A DNA stretch of 51,756 bases from Candidatus Nomurabacteria bacterium (lineage in GTDB: Bacteria > Patescibacteriota > Minisyncoccia > Phycocordibacterales > UBA9973), in the NCBI GenBank assembly GCA_943359475.1, contig CALRHK010000003.1, forward strand, positions 1 to 51,756, in the 5' to 3' direction. Every line of letters starts with the position of its first letter. The first letter of the stretch is position 1. The translations under genes and the position numbers were made by a program. Below the pieces are notes generated by a model. That model was not told the origin of the DNA and made no database searches. It was given only the letters and a program-made list of their open reading frames with translations. Of this stretch, positions 18,114 through 28,326 are shown one piece after another.

Positions 18114-18243
18114 ATTATAAAATAAAAATCCGCACGAAGGCGGAAAATTCCTTTGCCTTCAGGTTCTCTCCGGATGTATTCCCGAAAAGTGTTATCCTAA
18201 ACGCGGGCCAAAGCCCTGCTAATAAAGTGATAACATAATAGCA
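18114..18243 (-). promoter_or_regulatory. rpsA promoter and structured 5' leader
   Basis: Minus-strand TGcTATTAT (about 18235-18243) followed by three predicted hairpins before the ATG. Confidence 0.5.
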
Positions 18244-18421
18244 CAACCGACATTGGCTGTCTAGGCGTAAAGTTACGCACATATCAATTTGGTATTTTCC
18301 CAAACACATCCTAGAATAAAAGGGAATGTGTTTCATGTGGTTAAGTTTTAAGTTTAAGTGAGGACAGTTGGCAATGCCGCTGTCCTCTTTTTTATTGCGA
18401 AAATTTTGATATACTTTAAGT

Positions 18422-19051
18422 ATGATTCTCACATATCACGGAAAGCAGTTCTGGAAAATTCAGCAGGGCGATCTTGTCATTGCATTTAATCCAATTAGTA
18501 AAGATTCAAAATATAGCGGGAAAATTTCTCGTTTCGGTGCAGCGATTGCGCTCTCAACACTCAATCATCCAGACTATAATGGTGTCGAGACGGTGACCTA
18601 CGGTGAGACAGCACCTTTTGCGATTACCGGACCAGGTGATTACGAAGTCGGTGGCATTTTTATCAAAGGAATTCCAAGTGAGGCGGCTATTGGTGGTAAA
18701 AAATATATCAATACTATTTATACACTTACAGTAGATGAGATATCGATTTGTTTTCTTGGCGCTCTTACAAATCCAACTCTTTCAAACGAAGCAATTGAAG
18801 CAATAGACAGTGCTGACATTCTCTTCGTACCGGTAGGTGACGGAATTGACTCTCTTGCACCAAAAGATGCGTACAAGCTCGCAGTTGCAATTGAACCTCG
18901 TCTTATTGTGCCAATGGATTTTGCTGATGAGGATATTCGTACTTTTCTCAAAGAAGCTGGGCAAGATAAAACTGCACCAATTGAAAAGTTGACACTGAAG
19001 CGTAAAGATCTTGATGGTAAGGCTGGTGAAGTGGTGGTATTTAGTTCATAA
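18422..19051 (+). CDS. MBL-fold metallo-hydrolase (Lactamase_B_3-like, degenerate metal motif)
   Basis: ITGPGDYEVGG, ADILFVPVG and EPRLIVPM motifs. Confidence 0.8.
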   Translation: MILTYHGKQFWKIQQGDLVIAFNPISKDSKYSGKISRFGAAIALSTLNHPDYNGVETVTYGETAPFAITGPGDYEVGGIFIKGIPSEAAIGGKKYINTIYTLTVDEISICFLGALTNPTLSNEAIEAIDSADILFVPVGDGIDSLAPKDAYKLAVAIEPRLIVPMDFADEDIRTFLKEAGQDKTAPIEKLTLKRKDLDGKAGEVVVFSS

Positions 19052-19059
19052 TAATTACT

Positions 19060-19371
19060 ATGAGAAAAATTATTCATACTATTAGACAAAAACCAGAATC
19101 AGTACGAAGATTTGTTGCAACCTCTTCGGCGTTAGTGATTACTTTGGCGATTGCATTTGTGTGGATTTCTACACTCGGTGTGCAAAACAAAATAACCGCA
19201 TCGAAGAAACAGGGAACAAATCCTTTTGCCTTGATTAAGAAGAGTTTTGAGAATGCATTCACAAAAACAGGTGGTAAAAATCAAGCAAACGCTCTTAGTG
19301 CAGTGCAGTCTGAAGAGAGTGATGTAACCGCGGTTACACTCACGCCCGATAGCGGTACAACCGGCCAATAG
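19060..19371 (+). CDS. hypothetical single-TM protein
   Basis: IRQKPESVR followed by a TM helix; in an operon with the upstream gene. Confidence 0.7.
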   Translation: MRKIIHTIRQKPESVRRFVATSSALVITLAIAFVWISTLGVQNKITASKKQGTNPFALIKKSFENAFTKTGGKNQANALSAVQSEESDVTAVTLTPDSGTTGQ

Positions 19372-19456
19372 CCTTACGTACTAAGTCTCTTTTCCCACAA
19401 AAAAGCACCTTTGGTGCTTTTTTTAGTGATCAATTTATGCTATAATGGGTGTATAT

Positions 19457-21916
19457 ATGGCAAAACCCGAGCGCGAAGATAAACCCGAAATACCAGTCTC
19501 TGGCATACGTCCTGTTGGTATCGTGAGCGAAATGAAGGAGTCCTACATTAGCTATGCAATGTCGGTTATCACTTCGCGTGCACTTCCTGACATTCGCGAT
19601 GGTTTGAAGCCTGTTCACCGTCGTATTTTATTTTCTATGCATGAAATGGGTCTTACTGCAGGTGGGCGTTTTAGAAAATCTGCTGCAGTAGTGGGTGAGG
19701 TGCTCGGTAAATACCATCCACATGGTGATTCTGCTGTGTATGATTCTATGGTGGGTATGGCGCAGGAATTTACACTTCGCTATCCACTTATACTCGGTCA
19801 AGGTAACTTTGGCTCGATTGACGGTGATGCAGCAGCAGCCATGCGTTATACCGAAGCAAAGATGTCAAAAATTGCAGCGGAAGTTTTGAAAGACCTTGAA
19901 AAAGAAACTGTTGATTTTAGACCAAACTACGACGGAACTCGAAAAGAACCATCAGTGCTCCCAGCAGCAATCCCGACACTCCTTTTAAATGGAACACTTG
20001 GTATTGCGGTTGGTATGGCTACTAATATCCCTCCACACAATCTTACTGAAGTAATCGATGCAACCATTCACCTCATAGAAAACCCCGATGCAACAACTGA
20101 AGATCTCGCTGAATTTATCAAAGGACCAGATTTTCCAACTGGTGGCGTGGTCTACGGAACAAAGGATCTTTTGCACGCATATGCAACAGGTCGTGGTGGC
20201 GTAGTGACTCGTGGCGAAGCTGAAATTGTTGAGCTTAAGTCTGGTCAGTCACAAATAATTATTACTTCGCTTCCATATCGAGTAAACAAAGCTGATCTCA
20301 TTGTCTCTATTGTTGATCAAATCCGAGATAAAAAACTTGATGGTATTAAAGATATTCGGGATGAATCAACTCGTGATATTCGCGTAGTTATTGATCTTAA
20401 AAATGGTGCGCATCCCCAAAAAGTGCTCAACTACCTCTATCGCCATACGCAACTTGAGACTAATTTCAATTTTAATATGGTAGCACTCGTTGATGGCGTA
20501 CCTCAAACACTCTCGCTCAAATTGATGCTTGGTGAATTTATCGGACATAGACAAACAGTTGTCCGTCGTCGTGGGGAATATGACCTTCGTAAAGCAAAAG
20601 AACGAGAACATATCCTCCTTGGTCTTAAAAAAGCTCTCGATCACATTGATCGCGTCATTTCTGTAATTCGTGCCTCAAAAGATACTGCAACAGCGAAGTT
20701 TAATTTGATGAAGGAGTTCAAATTTTCTGATCTGCAAGCACAAGCAATCCTTGAAATGCGTTTGCAAAAACTCGCTGGTCTCGAGCGTAAGAACGTTGAG
20801 CTTGAATTGAAAGAAAAACAAGAACTTATTAAAGAACTTGAGACACTGCTTGCAAACCAAAAGAAAATGCTCAAAGTTATCTCAGAAGAACTTGGTGAAA
20901 TTAAAGAAAAGTATGGTGATGTACGACGCACTCGCGTTATTAAGTCTGGCGTCAAAGAAATTTCAGACGAAGATCTCATCCCCGAAAAGGAATCAGTGCT
21001 TGTCTTTACTGAGGGTGGATATGTAAAGCGTACCGATCCTTCTGAATACCGCAGTCAAAAGCGTGGCGGTGTTGGTGTTGTTGACCTCGAAACAAAAGAA
21101 GAAGATTTTGTAACGATTTTGCTCAATACCAATACACACAGTGATCTCCTCTTCTTTACCAATCTTGGTAAGGCATACCAAATAAAAATGTACGATATAC
21201 CAGAAGGACGTCGCGCAACAAAAGGCAAGTCAATCATGAACTTCCTCTCACTCACTGGTGATGAGAAGGTAACTTCAATTCTTGCAATTCCTAAAGCTGA
21301 GAAAGGGAAAATGGCATCATTATTGCTTGTCACCAAAGATGGCACTGCAAAAAAAGTTTCGTACGAACAGTTTAAAGATGTACGCCGCTCAGGTATTATT
21401 GCAATTCGTCTTGATAAAGGTGACGAACTCAAGTCAGCACATCTTGTAGAAAAAGGAGACACGGTCTCTCTCGTGACTGCAAAAGGTCAATCAATTCGAT
21501 TTAAAGAGTCAGATATTCGAGAAATGGGACGTACTGCAGGTGGTGTGCGTGCAATTAAGCTTGGCAAAGGTGATATTCTTGTTGGTGTTGATATTCTTCA
21601 TAAAGACAAAGAAAGCGAATCATATGTGCTCGTAATGAGTGCAAACGGTCTCGGTAAAAAAACCGCACTGAAGGAATATAAAATTCAAAAACGTGGTGGT
21701 TCTGGTATTAAAACTGCTAAAATTACCCCGAAAACAGGTGATCTCATTGTTGCAAAAGTTATTTCGAATGAAGAAGAGCTCATTGTTATGTCAAAGAAAG
21801 GGCAAGTCATTCGTGTTGCACTCGCGCAAGTTCCATCACTTGGACGACAAACACAAGGTGTGACAATTATGAAAATGCGACCAGGTGATGGTATTGCATC
21901 GCTCACCTGTCTCTAG
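19457..21916 (+). CDS. gyrA: DNA gyrase subunit A
   Basis: [22 protein letters not shown] and GyrA-box QKRGGVG motifs; the -10 overlaps ATG 19445, so the start is placed at 19457. Confidence 0.98.
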   Translation: MAKPEREDKPEIPVSGIRPVGIVSEMKESYISYAMSVITSRALPDIRDGLKPVHRRILFSMHEMGLTAGGRFRKSAAVVGEVLGKYHPHGDSAVYDSMVGMAQEFTLRYPLILGQGNFGSIDGDAAAAMRYTEAKMSKIAAEVLKDLEKETVDFRPNYDGTRKEPSVLPAAIPTLLLNGTLGIAVGMATNIPPHNLTEVIDATIHLIENPDATTEDLAEFIKGPDFPTGGVVYGTKDLLHAYATGRGGVVTRGEAEIVELKSGQSQIIITSLPYRVNKADLIVSIVDQIRDKKLDGIKDIRDESTRDIRVVIDLKNGAHPQKVLNYLYRHTQLETNFNFNMVALVDGVPQTLSLKLMLGEFIGHRQTVVRRRGEYDLRKAKEREHILLGLKKALDHIDRVISVIRASKDTATAKFNLMKEFKFSDLQAQAILEMRLQKLAGLERKNVELELKEKQELIKELETLLANQKKMLKVISEELGEIKEKYGDVRRTRVIKSGVKEISDEDLIPEKESVLVFTEGGYVKRTDPSEYRSQKRGGVGVVDLETKEEDFVTILLNTNTHSDLLFFTNLGKAYQIKMYDIPEGRRATKGKSIMNFLSLTGDEKVTSILAIPKAEKGKMASLLLVTKDGTAKKVSYEQFKDVRRSGIIAIRLDKGDELKSAHLVEKGDTVSLVTAKGQSIRFKESDIREMGRTAGGVRAIKLGKGDILVGVDILHKDKESESYVLVMSANGLGKKTALKEYKIQKRGGSGIKTAKITPKTGDLIVAKVISNEEELIVMSKKGQVIRVALAQVPSLGRQTQGVTIMKMRPGDGIASLTCL

Positions 21917-21986
21917 TCTTCCACAGCTGTAAAATAAAAAAGTGTTATACTCAAAGAGTGGCAATAACCACTCTTTCTGTATTGTA

Positions 21987-22517
21987 ATGTTTAGTGATCC
22001 TGTAAAAATTATTTCGCAACTCGAAATCCACGACACTATGTCCGTGGCGGATTTAGGTGCCGGTTCTGGCGCCTATACTTTTGCAATTGCCGAGAGACTC
22101 AAAAACAAAGAAGGGAAAGTGTATGCACTTGAAGTGCAAAAAGACCTCGTTGGACGAATTAAAACTGAGGCAAGCACACGTCATCTTACCAATATTGAAA
22201 TACTGTGGGCCGATATCGAACAACCTGGTGGTACAAAATTGAGGGATCAATCAATAGATTTGGCGATTGTAGCAAATGTATTGTTTCAAGTCGAAGATAA
22301 AATTGGCTTTATTGAAGAAGTTCGACGTATTATAAAACCAGGTGCGCGAGTACTCGTGGTAGATTGGACTGACTCACATTCCAATATGGGGCCTCACAAA
22401 GAAATGGTTGTTACAGAACAAAACGCAAAAGAACTTTTCATGAAAAAAGGTTTTGTTTTTGAAAAAAATATCTTAGCAGGAAGCCATCATTATGGATTAG
22501 TATTTACAAAAGCATAA
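21987..22517 (+). CDS. class I SAM-dependent methyltransferase
   Basis: VADLGAGSG and R..KPG..V.VVDW motifs; first ATG at 21987. Confidence 0.9.
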   Translation: MFSDPVKIISQLEIHDTMSVADLGAGSGAYTFAIAERLKNKEGKVYALEVQKDLVGRIKTEASTRHLTNIEILWADIEQPGGTKLRDQSIDLAIVANVLFQVEDKIGFIEEVRRIIKPGARVLVVDWTDSHSNMGPHKEMVVTEQNAKELFMKKGFVFEKNILAGSHHYGLVFTKA

Positions 22518-22519
22518 CT

Positions 22520-23845
22520 ATGAAAGGCTCATCTACATTCCAAGTGGTAATTATGATTGTTATGATAATCGGTATTGTTTTTGCTGTTGCAGTCTTTTCA
22601 GGATTTATAAAATTTGGATCAAAATCGAGCACCGCAGTGACAGGATCAGTGTCAGTCTGGGGAGAACTTCCACGGCAAGTTGTTGCAGAATATTTCACAA
22701 CGTTAAATACACAAAACCAGGATTTGAAGATTACGTATACAGAAGTGCCAAGCGAAAATTTTGACCAGACGGTCCTCGAGGCGCTTGCATCTGGCAAGGG
22801 TCCTGATGTAGTACTTATTACCGAGGATATGCTTTTGAAATACAAGGATAAGGCATTTATGATCCCGTTTACGAGTTATAGCGAGGGTCAAATTAAAACG
22901 AATTTTATTCGTGAAGCGGAACTTTTGATTACAAAAGATGGGCTCTTGGGGTTTCCAGTTACTGTTGATCCTCTCGTATTGTATTACAACCGCGACCTCT
23001 TTGATAAAGCTGGAATTGCAGTCCCACCAAAGAATTGGGATGAGATTAAAAATCTAGTACCACTTCTTACAACGATAGACAAAGGAAACTTTTCTGTAAA
23101 ACAAAGCGCACTTCCATTTGGTGATTTTGATAATATTTCCCACGCAAAAGAAATTATTACTGCACTTTTATTGCAAACAGGAAACCCTCTCTATAAAAAG
23201 GATATTTCTGATTACTTCATACCAACTTTTAAAGAAACCTATAATCCAAAACATACATCAATAAACGTACTTGATTTCTATACTTCATTTGCAAGTCCTA
23301 CAAATGAACTCTATACATGGAATCGCGGACTCCCAAATTCAGAACAACAGTTTCTTGTAGGCAAATCAGCTATGTATATAGGCTATGCAAGCGAGCTTTT
23401 TGCATTGCAACAAAAAAATCCAAATTTCAATTTTGACGTAGTCTCATTTCCGCAAATTGCAGATGCAACAAGCGCAGTAACGTATGGCAAAATGCTTTCA
23501 GCAGTAGTAATCAAGAGTACAAAAAATGTTGCAGCTGCATATTACACTGCAGCACTTCTCTCTGGTGTTGATGCGCAAAAATATCTTTCTGAAAAACTCT
23601 CAGTACCACCAGTACGTCGTGATTTGCTCGCGATTCGACCTTCGCAAACGTATGCACAGGTTTTTTATAATGGCGCGCTGACAGCACGGTCATGGATTGA
23701 TCCAAATACCGTAATGAGTGCTAAAATCTTTCGTGATATGATTACTACAATTAACTCAGGAAGCAATTCTTCCGAGGCAGCACTCAGTAATGTCGATGCG
23801 GCACTCGGTCAACTCTTTATGGCAGTAGCAGCAACACAACAATAA
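22520..23845 (+). CDS. extracellular solute-binding protein (SBP_bac_1/8-like) with N-terminal TM anchor
   Basis: LASGKGPDV, LYYNRDLF.KAGI..PP.NW.E and F..GK.AM motifs. Confidence 0.88.
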   Translation: MKGSSTFQVVIMIVMIIGIVFAVAVFSGFIKFGSKSSTAVTGSVSVWGELPRQVVAEYFTTLNTQNQDLKITYTEVPSENFDQTVLEALASGKGPDVVLITEDMLLKYKDKAFMIPFTSYSEGQIKTNFIREAELLITKDGLLGFPVTVDPLVLYYNRDLFDKAGIAVPPKNWDEIKNLVPLLTTIDKGNFSVKQSALPFGDFDNISHAKEIITALLLQTGNPLYKKDISDYFIPTFKETYNPKHTSINVLDFYTSFASPTNELYTWNRGLPNSEQQFLVGKSAMYIGYASELFALQQKNPNFNFDVVSFPQIADATSAVTYGKMLSAVVIKSTKNVAAAYYTAALLSGVDAQKYLSEKLSVPPVRRDLLAIRPSQTYAQVFYNGALTARSWIDPNTVMSAKIFRDMITTINSGSNSSEAALSNVDAALGQLFMAVAATQQ

Positions 23846-23848
23846 AAT

Positions 23849-24238
23849 ATGAGTATTCAAAGATACAAAAGAAGAATTGTAAAAGGGGTTGCAGTAGTTA
23901 TTTTCTACTCCCTCGCACTTTCGCGTGTACATGCAGCAGGATTGGTACCTTGTGGTGGAAGTGGAGAGCCAGACTGTGACTTTAATCAACTGATGGTGCT
24001 TATCGATAAAATTATAAAGTTCATGCTCTTTGATCTTTCGATACCACTTGCTGCAGTCTTGTTTGCATACGCTGGATATTTGTTAATGACGAGTGGAGAT
24101 AACAGCGGCAAACGCACTCGTGCAAAAGGTTTATTTATGAGTGTAGGTATCGGACTCGTGATAGCACTCGCAGCATGGCTCATAATTGAAACCATTTTAT
24201 CAACACTCGGCTACGATGGGAGCTGGATTGGTTTTTAG
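23849..24238 (+). CDS. TrbC/VirB2-like pilin 1
   Basis: Signal peptide, GLVPCG...DC, two TM helices flanking TSGD..K...AK. Confidence 0.8.
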   Translation: MSIQRYKRRIVKGVAVVIFYSLALSRVHAAGLVPCGGSGEPDCDFNQLMVLIDKIIKFMLFDLSIPLAAVLFAYAGYLLMTSGDNSGKRTRAKGLFMSVGIGLVIALAAWLIIETILSTLGYDGSWIGF

Positions 24239-24258
24239 GATAACGTATACTTAACTAT

Positions 24259-24711
24259 ATGCTTCGTAAAATAAAAACGATTTTCATCTTGTATCCGCTT
24301 CTTTTGGTAACACTCTTTGCACCTGCAGGGATTCTACTTGCGCAATTTCAAGGTGGTACGGGAACAGGTAATGGAACAGGTACTGGCACCGGAACAGGTA
24401 CTGGTACGGGAACGGGTAGTGGAACAGGTGTGAGTGGTCTTAATGTGACGTTACAAAATCCTATCACTGCAAATAATTTTCAAGAATTTGTACAAAAAAT
24501 ACTCGATATTGTGCTTGCAGTAGGTATTCCAATTGTTGCACTCTTTATCATCTATTCTGGTTTTCTTTTTGTTCAGGCGCAGGGTAATCCCGACAAACTT
24601 AAAGTTGCAAAAAGTACTTTTATTTGGACGTGTGTTGGTGCAGCAGTATTACTCGGGTGTTGGGTAATCGCCAATGCGATTGGGGGTACTATTAATGAAC
24701 TACGAAACTAA
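24259..24711 (+). CDS. TrbC/VirB2-like pilin 2 with Gly-Thr repeat
   Basis: LQNPI, IIYSGF.FV.AQGNPDKL..AK motif and two TM helices. Confidence 0.85.
   Translation: MLRKIKTIFILYPLLLVTLFAPAGILLAQFQGGTGTGNGTGTGTGTGTGTGTGSGTGVSGLNVTLQNPITANNFQEFVQKILDIVLAVGIPIVALFIIYSGFLFVQAQGNPDKLKVAKSTFIWTCVGAAVLLGCWVIANAIGGTINELRN
24352..24429 (+). repeat. (Gly-Thr)n low-complexity coding repeat
   Basis: Encodes GGTGTGNGTGTGTGTGTGTGTGSGTG with varied synonymous codons. Confidence 0.85.
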
Positions 24712-24712
24712 T

Positions 24713-25093
24713 ATGAAAAAAAATATACTTAGACTTGTGTCTCTTGTATTCACATCACTACCACTCGGAGCACTCGCTGCACAAACAACGACAGCATCTG
24801 CGTCATGTTCATCATCGTTGAATTCTGTTGCAGATTTTTTCAATTTTATTACATGTCTCATAAGTCGCTCAGTCATCCCGCTTTTGTTTACTGTGGCAAT
24901 AATGATCTTTGTGTATGGCGTAATGAAATATATTGCCAACGGCGCCGATGAAGCAAAGCGTGAAGAGGGAAGAAAATTCATGCTGTGGGGAATCATTGCA
25001 TTTTTTGTCATGATTTCAGTATGGGGACTTGTCGGTATCTTGCGGGATACCTTTGGCGTGCATAACGTTATACCACAACTGCCTCAGCAGTAG
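24713..25093 (+). CDS. TrbC/VirB2-like pilin 3
   Basis: GVMKYI....EAKREEGRKFMLWGII.FFVM.SVWGLV motif; first ATG at 24713. Confidence 0.82.
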   Translation: MKKNILRLVSLVFTSLPLGALAAQTTTASASCSSSLNSVADFFNFITCLISRSVIPLLFTVAIMIFVYGVMKYIANGADEAKREEGRKFMLWGIIAFFVMISVWGLVGILRDTFGVHNVIPQLPQQ

Positions 25094-25203
25094 CCCTCTC
25101 CACAGAGGGGCTTGCGGTTAGTGTGGTAGTTGATAAAATAGACATATACGCAAATTAGTTCGTACCGCGTGCATTATTAATAATTACTAGTAATCATTTA
25201 TAT

Positions 25204-25548
25204 ATGAAGAATTTCGTAAAAAATGTGCTCACGTTTGGCGTGCTCCTTATGCCAACTTTTGCGTTTGCAACACCACTTGAAGATTTGGTGATTCGAACAA
25301 AGTCATTGGTAAACCTTATTATTCCACTCTTGGTTTCTGTCGCAATTGCATACTTTATCTTTTCTGTTATTAAGTATGTTGGTGCAAAAGATGAAGAGAC
25401 TCGTGCTGATGGACGCAAGATGATGATTAATGCAATTATTGCACTTTTCGTTGTTCTTACTCTCTGGGGTTTGGTACGCTTTATTCAACAGAGTCTTGGT
25501 GTATCAAGTGGACAAATAAACTCAAGCGAACTTCCAAACGTAAACTAA
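25204..25548 (+). CDS. TrbC/VirB2-like pilin 4 (own promoter; possible major subunit)
   Basis: Signal ending AFA; KYV.A.DEE.R..GR.MMI..II.LFV..LWGLV; upstream TGaTAAAAT. Confidence 0.82.
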   Translation: MKNFVKNVLTFGVLLMPTFAFATPLEDLVIRTKSLVNLIIPLLVSVAIAYFIFSVIKYVGAKDEETRADGRKMMINAIIALFVVLTLWGLVRFIQQSLGVSSGQINSSELPNVN

Positions 25549-25558
25549 TTTGTTTGTT

Positions 25559-25852
25559 ATGCTTGCACTCTTTGCGAATCAAGCGTATGCCGATATTGGC
25601 TCGCTCATGAAAAAGGTAAATAAGGTTCTTATAAACCCGTTTATTGTTTTTCTGTTCGCACTCGCACTTGTGTATTTCTTGTACGGTCTTGTAGCGTTTA
25701 TTGCAAGTCCTGAAAATGCTGAGAAACGAGAAGAAGGGAAGCAACACATGATCTGGGGTGTCATTGGGATGTTTATCATGATGGCGGTATTCACTATCAT
25801 GCAAATACTTGCCAATACTCTCGGTTCCACTATTACCATTCCACACAATTAA
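25559..25852 (+). CDS. TrbC/VirB2-like pilin 5
   Basis: INP.I..LFALA..YF.YG and KREEGKQHMIWG.IG motifs; terminator at 25851-25876. Confidence 0.8.
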   Translation: MLALFANQAYADIGSLMKKVNKVLINPFIVFLFALALVYFLYGLVAFIASPENAEKREEGKQHMIWGVIGMFIMMAVFTIMQILANTLGSTITIPHN

Positions 25853-25926
25853 AAAACCGCCTTCGGGCGGTTTTTTGTTATATAAAAAAGGATTCCTTTT
25901 GGGAATCCTTTTGAAACGAACGTTTA

Positions 25927-26991
25927 CTACTTTCTCTTTTCGGCGTTATCGATCGCCTTGTTGATTTGTGCACCGGTGACTACACCCTTTGTGATTGGAC
26001 TTGACGGGTCAGATCCACCTGTTGCACCAAGAGGAGGGCGCCCCTCATCCCAGGAAATGAATACCTCGGATGTTGATTTGGAAGGAGCAATATTATTGCG
26101 ATTGCGTTGTTGCATATCTGCGGCTTCGCGAATTGCTTTGTTGCTTGTTCCAATCGGTTTTTCGGGGTTTGCATCTTTACCAAGCGCAAGACGGTTTGCA
26201 TTAACCAGGAGGGTCTCGGTATCAATTTTTTCTGCCTCACGCTCGACGAGCTCTCGTGCAGGCGCTTGGGCTGTTTTCATCATTACAGAATCTGTTGCAA
26301 TTATCCCAGTAATTTTGATTGAGATAATCTCGATACCCCAGCGTTTGATTGCCATTGAATCTCGTGGTTCTTCGTTACGAAACTCGTCACGAAGTGCATT
26401 TTCGAGTTCTTGGTTGGCGTTGAGAAATGCTCTCCAGTCTCCGATACTTGCTTGTCCAGAGCCAGAATATTTTTTTGCCTGTTTTCTCAAAAAGCTTTTC
26501 ACAAAATTCTTCAGCTGGCTATCGCGGGTAGCATCATCGATTTCTAAACTTTGTTTCGTGTCGATGATTTTAAAACCAACTGCGCAGTCAACTTTCATTT
26601 GAACCGAATCGCCTGTGATAATTTCATTATCTGAAATACAGGCTTCGACCTCCTCCTTTATTTCGCGAATCATAATTCGCTCGATGTGGGGGAGTGTAAA
26701 TGCAACTCCTTCGTCCGAGTACTCATCAGTACGCTTACCGAAACGTAAGTAGGTGCCACGGTGTACAACAGGTATGTTGTTATAGCTCTCAGCAAATAAA
26801 TAAATGATGAGGCATACTAACGTTGACCATAGAGCAATTGTTGCAAGGGTGGTAGAGTTAGTCGCAAATTTAACAAATACAGAGACCAATAACGATATAA
26901 CTATACTTGCCGCAAAGATTGCGATGGAGACAAAGATAAGACTGGTAACCCAGTCTCTTTTTGTACCAGGTGTTGTTACTTTATTTTCCAT
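25927..26991 (-). CDS. SPFH/Band7/prohibitin-domain membrane protein
   Basis: Two N-terminal TM helices, RFGK....EG..F..P.IE, IITGDSV...VD and RWGIEI..I.I motifs. Confidence 0.8.
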   Translation of the reverse strand: MENKVTTPGTKRDWVTSLIFVSIAIFAASIVISLLVSVFVKFATNSTTLATIALWSTLVCLIIYLFAESYNNIPVVHRGTYLRFGKRTDEYSDEGVAFTLPHIERIMIREIKEEVEACISDNEIITGDSVQMKVDCAVGFKIIDTKQSLEIDDATRDSQLKNFVKSFLRKQAKKYSGSGQASIGDWRAFLNANQELENALRDEFRNEEPRDSMAIKRWGIEIISIKITGIIATDSVMMKTAQAPARELVEREAEKIDTETLLVNANRLALGKDANPEKPIGTSNKAIREAADMQQRNRNNIAPSKSTSEVFISWDEGRPPLGATGGSDPSSPITKGVVTGAQINKAIDNAEKRK

Positions 26992-27077
26992 GTGAATGAT
27001 CTTTTTAGATATTATACACCAGAAAATAAAAAAAGTCAAGCAAAGCGCTTGACTTTTACCCTTATAAATAAAGGGAA

Positions 27078-27551
27078 TCACTTGTAAATGATGTTGTAAA
27101 TTGAGATATTTCCACTAGAACCTTTATAAACCTTAAACCAAAGTTTTCGGTTTAGTTCAGTATCAGGTATCGGATCAACACCATCGGGGCCACATTTGTA
27201 CTCATTTCCAGCCGCATCGCGAATCATCACATAGTCTCCAGTGTCATACAGGAAGTGGAGTCCTCTGACTTCATTCCACTGTGGTGCGCTTGGGTACTCA
27301 GAAGTTAATGCAAAGCTTCTCGGTTGTAAATGAGGATCTTCGGTAGCTGAAACTGTTGTTCTGTTGTCTGTCGTCGAGTCATTCTTGTTTGAGATATATC
27401 TCACAGACAGCCAGATTATTGCGATTCCCAGAATACCACCGAGAATCCATTTCAACCACTTTTTTATTGTGGTTGTGTCCACTTTCTCAACTTGTTTTTC
27501 TGTTCTTTCGTTGACGTTGTCTTTTCCAGTATCTTTTTTTACTGTTGCCAT
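27078..27551 (-). CDS. hypothetical single-TM protein
   Basis: ORF with TM helix; TTGACT-17-TATAAT promoter upstream. Confidence 0.7.
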   Translation of the reverse strand: MATVKKDTGKDNVNERTEKQVEKVDTTTIKKWLKWILGGILGIAIIWLSVRYISNKNDSTTDNRTTVSATEDPHLQPRSFALTSEYPSAPQWNEVRGLHFLYDTGDYVMIRDAAGNEYKCGPDGVDPIPDTELNRKLWFKVYKGSSGNISIYNIIYK

Positions 27552-27713
27552 TTTATATAAGGTTTTGGTGTACGATTGATTAACTTCATTATATCACTAA
27601 TATATATAAAAGTCAATAGGTTGGAGGGTTATAAAAGAGTGTAAATACTGGATTATTTGCCCTTATTATGTATAATTGTTGGTGCGTACTCGCTTTCTAA
27701 ATAAGCAACTTAT

Positions 27714-27786
27714 GCGCCCGTAGCTCAGTCGGTAGAGCAGTTGCCTCTTAAGCAAACGGTCGGAGGTTCGAATCCTCCCGGGCGCA
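27714..27786 (+). tRNA. tRNA-Lys(CTT)
   Basis: Cloverleaf GCGCCCG..CGGGCGC-A; anticodon loop CT-CTT-AA; GGTTCGAATCC. Confidence 0.95.
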
Positions 27787-27815
27787 CATAGGTATCTGTT
27801 GTGGATACAAGAAAT

Positions 27816-27899
27816 GCCGGGGTGGCGAAATTGGCAGACGCACTTGCCTTAGGAGCAAGCGGAAGTAATTCCATGGAGGTTCAAGTCCTCTCCCCGGCA
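27816..27899 (+). tRNA. tRNA-Leu(TAG)
   Basis: GCCGGGG..CCCCGGC-A; CT-TAG-GA; long variable arm. Confidence 0.95.
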
Positions 27900-28070
27900 C
27901 ACGCACTGTGTGTGCGAGACTTGAAAGGCGGAGCGATGTCGAGCCAGCAGGCGAGACCGCGAGCCGGGGTCGAGAAAGTATACGAGCGTCGGCGAGTATA
28001 CTATTCGTGACCAAGTCCTCTCCCCGGCACACGCACTGTGTGTGCGAGACTTGAAAGGCGGAGCGATGTC
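27882..28070 (+). repeat. 59 bp direct repeat of tRNA-Leu(TAG) 3' end plus flank, period 130 bp
   Basis: 27882-27940 is identical to 28012-28070. Confidence 0.92.
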
Positions 28071-28095
28071 TTTCGTTGTGTTGGTGGAAATGAAT

Positions 28096-28167
28096 GGCCT
28101 AGTCGTCAAGTGGTAAGACAAGAGTCTGCAAAACTCTTATACGGCGGTTCGATTCCGCCCTAGGCCT
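28096..28167 (+). tRNA. tRNA-Cys(GCA)
   Basis: GGCCTAG..CTAGGCC-T; CT-GCA-AA. Confidence 0.95.
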
Positions 28168-28312
28168 CAAAGGAAAAGCTAAGCTTTTTCTTGCGGGATC
28201 GAACGACCGGAGCGGGGCACCCATCGAGTACGATGGGTCGCGAGGTGGGGTAGCGAAATTTTACGAGCGACGGCGAGTAAAATATTCGTGACTCGATTCC
28301 GCCCTAGGCCTC
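28149..28312 (+). repeat. 20 bp direct repeat of tRNA-Cys 3' end, period 144 bp
   Basis: TCGATTCCGCCCTAGGCCTC at 28149-28168 and 28293-28312. Confidence 0.9.
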
Positions 28313-28326
28313 CCACATTTAAATAT

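Noticed and set aside
25147-25190. preQ1-I riboswitch-like TAGTTCGTACC...ACTAG before pilin 4
   Set aside because: P1 stem geometry and the A-rich tail do not fit, and the gene context is unrelated to queuosine
25958-26602. 214-aa plus-strand ORF and many similar antisense ORFs in the track
   Set aside because: Shadow frames opposite well-supported genes (SPFH, gyrA, infB, clpB, topA etc.) with no recognisable motifs
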